From the NCBI GenBank assembly GCA_020833025.1, contig JAJHRB010000047.1, positions 1-12,099 of the forward strand: DNA of 12,099 bases, in the 5' to 3' direction. The stretch's first letter is position 1. Every line of letters starts with the position of its first letter. Source of the stretch: Thermoproteaceae archaeon (GTDB lineage Archaea > Thermoproteota > Thermoprotei > Thermoproteales > Thermoproteaceae). The translations under genes and the position numbers were made by a program. The notes below the pieces were generated by a model, which worked only from the letters and a program-made list of their open reading frames with translations, had not been told where the DNA came from and made no database searches. Below are positions 4,470 through 11,681 of this stretch, one piece after another.

Positions 4470-7334
4470 ATGCCGAGCTTCCCGATTAATAAAATCAGCG
4501 ACTTCATCTGGGAGATCCCGGCAGGCATCAAGCAGTGCCAGAAAGTGCCCGTCAAGATATTCGCGGACGGCGTGCTCCTTGAGAAGATGAAGTCAGATCT
4601 AACACTAGAGCAAGGGATCAATGTCGGTTGCCTACCGGGCATCTACAAGTACAGCATCGTGCTGCCAGACGGCCATCAGGGATATGGATTCCCGATCGGC
4701 GGCGTTGCAGCAGTTGATGCAGATAGCGGAGTCATATCCCCCGGCGGGATCGGGTATGACATCAACTGCCTTCCCGCGGGCACTAGAGTGTTGACGAGAC
4801 TCGGATACACCGTGCCCGTAGAGGAGCTAGCTAGAGGCGGCGAGCTAGTGTCCATTGACGGGGGGCGCGTCACGTGGACTAAGGTCAAGCTGTTCATGTG
4901 GAGGTGGGAGAGATCGCTGGTCAGGATTAGAACGAGAGCAGGCTTTGAGATCAGGGCAAGCGCTGACCACCCAATACTGACGCCCAGCGGCATGATTCGC
5001 GCCGGCGAGATTAAAGTCGGGCAGAGAGTCGCCCTCTTCCCGTTCGAGGGCGTTCCTTACGAGGAGCCGTCCGACATAATAATAATTAGCGGTGACGAGT
5101 TCGAGCCGAGCGTTAGGAGGGAGCTCGAGAAGAAGGGCCTGCTGCCTCTGAGCGCCAAGAATCCCAAGCTGCCGTATCTAGTCAAGCTCCTCGGATATTT
5201 CATCGGCGACGGCGCATTTAATGGCAAGAAAGGCAAGATGACGGTATTCTACGGCTCTAGGGAGGGGCTCGAGGAGCTTAGACAAGACATAATAGCGCTC
5301 GGATACACGCCGTCAGAGATACATTGCAGAGAGAGGCGCGTGAGAATTAACGGCAGGGAGACCGTAAGCCGCGAGTGCGCAGTCTCTGTTAGCTCGAGGA
5401 GCTTTAAGGAGCTGCTGATAGCTCTCGGGGCGCCTGCCGGTAAGAAGACGCACACTAGATTCAGGGTGCCAGAGTGGTTGAAGAAAATGCCGCTGTGGAT
5501 GAAGAGGCTATTCCTAGCCGCTTACTTCGGCGCTGAGATGAGAAATCCCGTGACCGTTAATGGCTACAACTTTGAACAGCCTTACGTTGCAGTGTCTAAA
5601 GTGAGAGAGCTAGAGGATAGCGGCGTTGAGTTTCTAGAGGACATTGCCGAGCTTCTCAGCGAGTTTGGCATTAAGGTGCTCGGCATACGCAAGATCGAGG
5701 CAGGGGATAGAGTTTGGCTAAGGCTATACATATCTAGCAAGCCTGAGAATCTAATCAAGCTCTGGAGCAGGATTGGCTATGAGTACAACCCGTTAAGGAG
5801 GAGGCTGGCGCTTGCCGCCGTGGTGTGGTTGAGGCTCAAGAGTAGAGTTGTCGAGAGGAGGGCCAGCGCTGAAATTGCAGCCATGGCCCTCGCGGGGGCC
5901 GGCGCGACAAAATCTTACACCGTCTCAGTGCTCGCCTCGGAGCTTGTCAATGAGAGATTCATTGAGCGCAGCATTTACGAGGGCAGAAAGACGGGGCCTA
6001 GAATTCCTAGGAACTTCCCAAAGTTTGAGGAGTGGCTAAGCGATCACGCCAGCGGCGATATTGTGTGGGACGAGGTTGAGGACGTCAGGATTGAGCCGTT
6101 TAACGGCTTTGTTTATGACGTAACGCTGGATAGAGATCCTCACAATTTCGTCGCGGACGGATTTGTAGTCTCCAACTGCGGTGTTAGAGTGCTCAGAACA
6201 AACCTAACAGTTGATGAGATAAAGCCGAAGCTCAAGGAGCTCGTTGACACAATGTTCAAACTAGTCCCGCCGGGCGTGGGCGGGACGGGGCACATTAAGC
6301 TGTCGATACCTGAGCTGGACAGAGTGCTCGCCGAGGGCGTTGAGTGGGCAGTGCAGCGGGGTTACGGCTGGTCAGAGGACCTGGAGTACATCGAGGAGAG
6401 GGGCTCGTGGCATATCGCCGATCCCTCTAGGGTGAGCGGCAAGGCGAAGTCGAGAGGCAGGGACCAGCTGGGAACTCTGGGCTCTGGCAATCACTTCCTG
6501 GAGATACAGGTAGTGGAGAGAATATTTGACGAGAGAGTTGCGAGGGCCTTTGGCATAGAGCGGGAGGGACAGATACTGGTGATGATACACACGGGCTCGC
6601 GGGGCCTCGGGCATCAAGTCGCCACGGACTACCTCATCACTATGGAGCGGAAGATGAGGGAGTGGGGCCTCCACATGCCCGACAGAGAGCTCGCGGCGGC
6701 GCCGTTAAGCGACAAGGTCGCGGAGGACTACATCAAGGCAATGGCCGCGGCCGCCAACTTTGCGTGGGCCAACCGCCAGGTAATAATGCACTGGGTCAGA
6801 GAGGCCTTTAAGAGGGTCTTCGGCTCGATCGAGAGAGTGGGCCTCGAGCTCATCTACGACGTGGCCCACAACATCGCAAAGCTCGAGGGGCACGTTGTGG
6901 ACGAGAGGGGCACCGTGAGAAGCGTGTGGGTGCATCGCAAGGGCGCGACGAGGGCGTTCCCCGCGGGGCGCCCCGAGGTGCCAGCCAAGTACAGAGATGT
7001 CGGGCAGCCCGTGCTGATACCCGGCAGCATGGGGACCGCGTCGTGGATTCTCGTCGGCACGCAAGAGGCCATGCTCTTGACGTTCGGTACGTCACCCCAC
7101 GGCGCCGGCCGCGTGCTCAGCAGAGAGGCCGCGATAAGAATGTTCCCGCCGCACAAAGTCAAGGAGGAGCTAGAGAGGCGCGGCGTGATTGTCAGGAGCG
7201 CCGAGACGGAGGTGATTAGCGAGGAGGCGCCGTGGGCCTACAAGGACGTGGACCGCGTAGTCGAGACAGCGCATCAAGTTGGCTTTGCGAGAAAAGTCGC
7301 CAGGATGAGACCGCTCGGCGTGATAAAGGGATAG
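4470..7334 (+). CDS. rtcB: RNA-splicing (tRNA) ligase RtcB precursor, 954 aa = 484-aa extein + 470-aa intein
   Basis: RtcB motifs LPDGHQGYGFPIGGV, SPGGIGYDIN|CGVR, QLGTLGSGNHFLE, HTGSRGLGHQVA, YDVAHNIAK, HRKGATRAF, PGSMGT, HGAGR, EEAP.AYKDV, C-terminal IKG. All recognisable metal-binding and guanylylation residues appear intact. Confidence 0.98.
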   Translation: MPSFPINKISDFIWEIPAGIKQCQKVPVKIFADGVLLEKMKSDLTLEQGINVGCLPGIYKYSIVLPDGHQGYGFPIGGVAAVDADSGVISPGGIGYDINCLPAGTRVLTRLGYTVPVEELARGGELVSIDGGRVTWTKVKLFMWRWERSLVRIRTRAGFEIRASADHPILTPSGMIRAGEIKVGQRVALFPFEGVPYEEPSDIIIISGDEFEPSVRRELEKKGLLPLSAKNPKLPYLVKLLGYFIGDGAFNGKKGKMTVFYGSREGLEELRQDIIALGYTPSEIHCRERRVRINGRETVSRECAVSVSSRSFKELLIALGAPAGKKTHTRFRVPEWLKKMPLWMKRLFLAAYFGAEMRNPVTVNGYNFEQPYVAVSKVRELEDSGVEFLEDIAELLSEFGIKVLGIRKIEAGDRVWLRLYISSKPENLIKLWSRIGYEYNPLRRRLALAAVVWLRLKSRVVERRASAEIAAMALAGAGATKSYTVSVLASELVNERFIERSIYEGRKTGPRIPRNFPKFEEWLSDHASGDIVWDEVEDVRIEPFNGFVYDVTLDRDPHNFVADGFVVSNCGVRVLRTNLTVDEIKPKLKELVDTMFKLVPPGVGGTGHIKLSIPELDRVLAEGVEWAVQRGYGWSEDLEYIEERGSWHIADPSRVSGKAKSRGRDQLGTLGSGNHFLEIQVVERIFDERVARAFGIEREGQILVMIHTGSRGLGHQVATDYLITMERKMREWGLHMPDRELAAAPLSDKVAEDYIKAMAAAANFAWANRQVIMHWVREAFKRVFGSIERVGLELIYDVAHNIAKLEGHVVDERGTVRSVWVHRKGATRAFPAGRPEVPAKYRDVGQPVLIPGSMGTASWILVGTQEAMLLTFGTSPHGAGRVLSREAAIRMFPPHKVKEELERRGVIVRSAETEVISEEAPWAYKDVDRVVETAHQVGFARKVARMRPLGVIKG
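4767..6176 (+). mobile_element. Intein with LAGLIDADG homing endonuclease in RtcB (C1...S-N / C+1)
   Basis: Insert splits conserved GYDIN|CGVR. Block A CLPAGTRV at 4767; block B IRASADHPILT (His 4968-4970); LAGLIDADG-like LLGYFIGDG (5187-5213) and FLAAYFGAEM (5511-5540); blocks F/G VYDVTL..PHNFVADGFVVSN ending 6176; followed by TGC (Cys+1). 1410 nt = 470 codons. Confidence 0.96.
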
Positions 7335-7467
7335 GGACGTTGCATCATCAGGCACCGGGGGCGTCGGTAACGCCGGAGCGCTGCCTCCGCGCGGGCAGCG
7401 CCGGCAATGGCCTCCTTGGCCTCGATGAGCGCACAGAGGAGTGGGTGCCGGACGGAGCTTGCCTCGC

Positions 7468-7478
7468 TTTTTTTAAAA
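7468..7478 (+). promoter_or_regulatory. TATA box of the proteasome beta gene (TTTTTTTAAAA); the T7 run may double as terminator for rtcB
   Basis: Ends 20 nt before ATG 7498; the only T-run downstream of the rtcB stop. Confidence 0.55.
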
Positions 7479-7497
7479 TGCGTATGCACGTGCCGGC

Positions 7498-8109
7498 ATG
7501 GGCGAGGAGGTGCCCGTTGGCGCGACGGCCGTCGGCTTGAAAGTTAAAGACGGTGTGGTGCTCGCCGCGGAGAAGAGAGTCTCGTATGGCTTCTACACGC
7601 TTAGCATGTCGGCAAAAAAGGTATTTATTGTCAATGAAAGGCTAGCGCTAGCGTCAGCCGGCATTGTCGCCGACATGCAGGCACTGGCAAAAATACTAAA
7701 GGTAAATGCCATGGCCTATGAGCTCGAGACTAGAAGGAAGCCATCAGTTCACGCTATGGCCAAGCTTCTCTCAGTTATAATGTTTAACAGGCGCTTCATG
7801 CCGTTCTTCGCAGAGGTCCTCGTTGGCGGGATCGACGACGAGGGTCCTCACTTAATCGTCATGGACACGCTCGGCAGCCTCATCGAGGACGATTATGCTG
7901 CGCTGGGCACGGGCGCGAAGCTTGCAATTGCCGTTCTCGACTCAGGCTATCGCTCCGACATGCCACTAGAGGAGGCCAAAAAACTGGCAATAAACGCAAT
8001 CAGAGCGGCAATAGAGAGAGATCCCGTATCCGGCGGCGGTATCAACGCGGTCACGATAGATAGCAAGGGCGCGAGAGAGGAAGAAATTAGGTTGCAATTT
8101 AAGTTCTAG
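7498..8109 (+). CDS. psmB: Proteasome beta subunit, predicted non-catalytic (Thr1 replaced by Ala)
   Basis: [22 protein letters not shown] aligns with G|TTTVG...; also [36 protein letters not shown]. Confidence 0.95.
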   Translation: MGEEVPVGATAVGLKVKDGVVLAAEKRVSYGFYTLSMSAKKVFIVNERLALASAGIVADMQALAKILKVNAMAYELETRRKPSVHAMAKLLSVIMFNRRFMPFFAEVLVGGIDDEGPHLIVMDTLGSLIEDDYAALGTGAKLAIAVLDSGYRSDMPLEEAKKLAINAIRAAIERDPVSGGGINAVTIDSKGAREEEIRLQFKF

Positions 8110-8129
8110 ACGCGGCCGCGCGTCATACA

Positions 8130-9371
8130 TCATAATCTGGCGAGACGCGCTATGAAAAACGCCTCGCTTCTGTGAACGTGAGGGAGGGTCCTGCCTCCAG
8201 GCCCGCGGTAGGCAGGCACGAGCTCGGCGGGAGCCCTCTCAGCAGCTGCGTCAATTCCCGCAATGACGTCCTCGCCCTCCTCTGGCAGGATGCTGCAGAC
8301 TGAATACGTCACGCGCTCTGCCAGTCTCAGCGCATTTGCGAGGAGCTCCCTTTGCAGCGCGCCGTAATGCCGCGCCCTGCTGACTCTGGGGTATACTTTA
8401 ACTGCAGGCTCTTTTGTAAAGGCTCCGCTTGACGTGCATGGCGCATCAACAAGAGCCTTGTCGAATCTTCTTGTCGCGAGCTTTCTGGAGTCGGCCCGAA
8501 TTATCTCAACGCTGTCACTCGCACCGAGTCTCTTCAGGAGGCCCCTCATTCTTGCAACTCGCGCGGCCGACACGTCAGCAGCGACGACTCTCGCCCTGCC
8601 CTCCGTCAGCTGCACTATGAGGCTTGTCTTCATGCCAGGAGCCGCAGCGAGATCCGCTATTTTATCACCAGGGCTCGGCTCGAGCGCGAGCACGGCATAG
8701 ACGGAGGCCAAATCCTGCGGCACTGCAACTAACTCTCTCACTGCTGTCAGATACTGCACCGGCTTCCTGGCACTCTTAAGCAGCACCATGAAAGAAAGCC
8801 GTGGGTGGGGCTCCACATCTGCCTCTCTCTCTAGGAGTCTCAATGCCTTGTCTACGTCTGCCTTCAGCGTGTTTATTCTCAGCCACATCCACGTCTGGTT
8901 CCCGGCCTCCATGACTCTCTCTGCCTCCTCGGCGCCGAGATTCTCGACAAGGGTCTTCACTATTGCAGGGTGGTAGCTGTACTTAACTGACAGGTATGTG
9001 ATAGTGTCGCGCCTCAACTCCTCGACGCTCTTCAACGCGTCCTCCGGCGTCATTAGCGCGCGCTTGAGAAGCCTTTTCCTGTAACGCGCGACTATCTGTT
9101 TGTTGCGGAAGTACTGCTCGGCGCGGTAAACGAACCACGCCCTCACCACGGCCTTAGCGCCCTCCGAGCCGAAGAGTCTGGCTGCTAGGTGGCGAAGGAG
9201 GAAGTAATTCCTGACAACGTCAAATGCAACGTCGTAGAAGACCTTGAAGCTCTTGAGTCTCCTCCACCCCCGCGCCACCCTCTGGAACGCATAGTCAAGA
9301 GTGAGGCCGTGAGTGAGCACCTCATAAAGTACGCGCGCCACGAAGTTCACGAGCTCGTCGGGAGTCCACAT
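8130..9371 (-). CDS. RsmB/NOP2/NSUN-family RNA (cytosine-C5)-methyltransferase
   Basis: WLRINTLK, QDLASV, motif I DLAAAPGMKT, motif IV VDAPCTSSG (Cys 8438-8436), motif VI YSVCS (Cys 8297-8295), C-terminal PHVH.SEAFFIARL. GTG 9374 is in frame, but ATG 9371 fits the TATA spacing. Confidence 0.93.
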   Translation of the reverse strand: MWTPDELVNFVARVLYEVLTHGLTLDYAFQRVARGWRRLKSFKVFYDVAFDVVRNYFLLRHLAARLFGSEGAKAVVRAWFVYRAEQYFRNKQIVARYRKRLLKRALMTPEDALKSVEELRRDTITYLSVKYSYHPAIVKTLVENLGAEEAERVMEAGNQTWMWLRINTLKADVDKALRLLEREADVEPHPRLSFMVLLKSARKPVQYLTAVRELVAVPQDLASVYAVLALEPSPGDKIADLAAAPGMKTSLIVQLTEGRARVVAADVSAARVARMRGLLKRLGASDSVEIIRADSRKLATRRFDKALVDAPCTSSGAFTKEPAVKVYPRVSRARHYGALQRELLANALRLAERVTYSVCSILPEEGEDVIAGIDAAAERAPAELVPAYRGPGGRTLPHVHRSEAFFIARLARL

Positions 9372-9395
9372 CACTGCCGCAGCCGGCGCCGTCAG

Positions 9396-9403
9396 TTAAA
9401 ATA
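9396..9403 (-). promoter_or_regulatory. TATA box of the RsmB-family gene (TATTTTAA on -)
   Basis: 25 nt upstream of ATG 9371. Confidence 0.55.
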
Positions 9404-9453
9404 GATACCGCGCTCGCGACGGCGGCTGGAACCCGCATCAGAGGAGCGAAACA

Positions 9454-9464
9454 TATTTTTGTAA
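9454..9464 (+). promoter_or_regulatory. Probable TATA region of the KaiC-like/srp54 unit (TATTTTTGTAA)
   Basis: AT-rich box 18-28 nt upstream of ATG 9482; imperfect consensus. Confidence 0.4.
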
Positions 9465-9481
9465 GGTACACTACAGCATTT

Positions 9482-10348
9482 ATGTCTCATGATGGGCAGG
9501 TCGCTTACGAGTATGAGTACAGCTACAGCCAGTTGTACGATAACAGAGCGCCTACCGGAGTCTGGTACCTAGACCAGCTGCTACAAGGAGGCCTCAGGCG
9601 CGGCGAGATATACCTCGTGGCAGGCGAGGCAGGACAGGGAAAAACGATATTCGGCTTGCAGTTTCTCAAGACCGGGGCGGAGCTCTATGGAGAGTCGGGC
9701 CTCTACATAACAATTGACGAGCCATCTGATGATGTAAAGAGAGGCGTTAAGGAGTCGCTGGGATGGGATCTCGACGCGTTCGAGAGCCAGAGCAAAGTGA
9801 TATTTGTCGATCTGAGAACGCACTTCAAAATCTACGCCAGGGAAGAGAAAGTCGTGGCTGACCCGCGAGATATCTCGAAAATAATAATTGAGTATGTCAA
9901 GAAGTATGGCATCAAGAGGCTCGTGATAGACCCAATAGCGCCTCTGATCATAACTTCTCACAGCGATGTGCTTTGGGTCAGGGAGTATATGAGAGAGCTC
10001 GTCTTCCAGCTGAGAAAGCTAAAGGACGTGACGACAGTGCTCACATCCGAAATACCTACCGGCGAGAATAAAATAAGCAGATTCGGCGTCGAGGAGTACC
10101 TAGCGAGCGGCGTAATAAAGCTAGAGCTCATGGAGTACCGCGGGTTTGTCTTCAGGGTCATGTTCGTAAGGAAGATGAGGTGGATACCAGTCAGGCCGCA
10201 GAAGCTCGTCTTCGAGATATACCCGCAGTACGGCATTTACGTACTCGACCGTCTCGAGAACTTCATAAAGCAGATCGACGCGTGGTATGCCGGGCAGCAG
10301 ACGCAGTGGGAGCAGGCGGCGGCTCCTTACGGAGCGCCAGCTGAGTAG
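9482..10348 (+). CDS. Single-domain KaiC-like RecA-superfamily ATPase (COG0467/RAD55-like)
   Basis: PTG...LDQLLQGG, Walker A GEAGQGKT (9623-9646), YITIDE, Walker B RLVID, TTVLTSE, SRFGVEEYLASGVI (KaiC CI-like), Arg-finger KMR. Confidence 0.92.
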   Translation: MSHDGQVAYEYEYSYSQLYDNRAPTGVWYLDQLLQGGLRRGEIYLVAGEAGQGKTIFGLQFLKTGAELYGESGLYITIDEPSDDVKRGVKESLGWDLDAFESQSKVIFVDLRTHFKIYAREEKVVADPRDISKIIIEYVKKYGIKRLVIDPIAPLIITSHSDVLWVREYMRELVFQLRKLKDVTTVLTSEIPTGENKISRFGVEEYLASGVIKLELMEYRGFVFRVMFVRKMRWIPVRPQKLVFEIYPQYGIYVLDRLENFIKQIDAWYAGQQTQWEQAAAPYGAPAE

Positions 10349-10360
10349 TCTCGGGGCCGC

Positions 10361-11677
10361 GTGAGGGCTCTAATTGAGGCATTCGGGAGGCTCGTCGAGA
10401 AAATCAGGGGAGTCAGTCACATCGACAAGAGCGTACTCGCCGAGCTCTCGCGAGAGATACAGAGAGCGCTGCTGAGGGCTGACGTCCCGCTTGATATGAT
10501 CAAGCAATTCACCGACGATGTATTGAGGAGGCTGCGCGAGGGAGGCCCGCCAGCCGGCATACCGATTAAGGAGTACTTGCTGTATGTGGTGTACGAGAAA
10601 CTCGTCGAGCTGCTCGGGGGGGAGTTCCCTGCGGAGTTCAAGCCAGCGAGGAGGCCGTACGTTGTAATGCTGGTTGGAGTTGAAGGCAGCGGCAAGACCA
10701 CCACGGCGGCAAAGCTCGCCAAGTACCTCGCGAGGCGCGGGTACAGAGTGGGGCTCGTGCAAACGGACACCATCAGGCCTGCGGCCTTTGACCAGCTGAA
10801 ACAGCTGGCCGAGAGCGTCGGCGTGCCGTTTTACGGCGAGAGGGACAGTAAGAGCGCGGCTGAAATAGCGCTCAGGGGCATTGAGAAATTTAGGAATCTC
10901 GACGTGATAATTCTGGACACTGCCGGCCGCCACAGGAGTGAGGAATCGCTAATGCAAGAAATCAAGGCGATGTACGAGGCCGTCAAGCCTGACGAGGTCA
11001 TGCTGGTAATTGACGCGACTGTCGGCAAGCAGGCCGCGGCCCAGGCGGAGGCATTCATGAGGCACGCGCCCGTGCACTCTGTCATCATAACGAAGATGGA
11101 CAGCACGGCGAGGGGCGGCGGCGCGCTCGCTGCTGTTGTTAAGACAGGCGCCAGAGTGAAATTTGTAGGTACCGGGGAGGGCGTCGACGAAATAGAGCCG
11201 TTCAACCCGAGAGGATTTGTCTCCAGGCTGTTAGGAATGGGCGACTTTGAGACTCTAGTTGATAGGGTGAGGGCGGCGCTCGAGGAGGACAAGGTACTCC
11301 AAGAGGTGGAGTCCGGGAGGTTTGATCTACTGACATTCAAGAGGCAGATAGAGGCGCTGCTGAAACTGGGCCCGCTCAGCAAGCTAATTCAGCTGCTACC
11401 TGGCGGGCTGGCGCTTAAAGTCTCGGAGGACCGGGTCGAGCTGTCCCAGAGGAATCTCAAGAAGTGGCTCGCTATTCTCAGCTCGATGACGCGTGAGGAG
11501 CTTGCGAATCCTGAAATACTGAATGCGTCCCGCATAAGGAGGGTAGCCCTTGGCGCTGGCGTGACGCCGAGAGAGGTGAGAGAGATGCTGGAGGTTTATG
11601 AGAACATCAAGAGAATGACGAAAATTCTCAGGAAGCGCTTGAGAGCGCACGGCAAGCTGGCCCTGAGGGGCCTCTAG
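10361..11677 (+). CDS. srp54: Signal recognition particle GTPase SRP54/Ffh
   Basis: N domain (REIQRALLRADV), G motifs GVEGSGKTT, DTIRPAAFDQL, DTAGRH, TKMD, GTGE; M domain KLGPLSKLIQLLPG, SMTREEL.NP, SRIRRVALGAG. GTG start 12 nt after the KaiC-like stop. Confidence 0.98.
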   Translation: MRALIEAFGRLVEKIRGVSHIDKSVLAELSREIQRALLRADVPLDMIKQFTDDVLRRLREGGPPAGIPIKEYLLYVVYEKLVELLGGEFPAEFKPARRPYVVMLVGVEGSGKTTTAAKLAKYLARRGYRVGLVQTDTIRPAAFDQLKQLAESVGVPFYGERDSKSAAEIALRGIEKFRNLDVIILDTAGRHRSEESLMQEIKAMYEAVKPDEVMLVIDATVGKQAAAQAEAFMRHAPVHSVIITKMDSTARGGGALAAVVKTGARVKFVGTGEGVDEIEPFNPRGFVSRLLGMGDFETLVDRVRAALEEDKVLQEVESGRFDLLTFKRQIEALLKLGPLSKLIQLLPGGLALKVSEDRVELSQRNLKKWLAILSSMTREELANPEILNASRIRRVALGAGVTPREVREMLEVYENIKRMTKILRKRLRAHGKLALRGL

Positions 11678-11681
11678 CTCC

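Noticed and set aside
4767-6176. Lower GC in the intein core (~48% at 5521-5760) as evidence of recent horizontal acquisition
   Set aside because: The N-extein sample is 52%, another intein sample is 61%, and native genes range 42-69%, so the contrast is inconclusive without codon-usage analysis.
7343-7350. Perfect C-box (TGATGA) on the minus strand just after rtcB
   Set aside because: No CTGA D box at ~45 nt and no D'/C' pair, so no C/D sRNA can be built.
8109-8124. GACGCG-GCCG-CGCGTC hairpin/palindrome at the psmB/rsmB convergence; adjacent palindromes GCACGTGC and TGCCGGCA at 7486-7498
   Set aside because: Short GC-rich palindromes are frequent by chance; no U-tract or repeated motif supports a function.
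9392-9441. 50-nt minus-strand CTGATGC...CTGA span resembling a C/D sRNA
   Set aside because: Non-consensus C box, no internal boxes, and it contains the rsmB TATA; better explained as promoter DNA.
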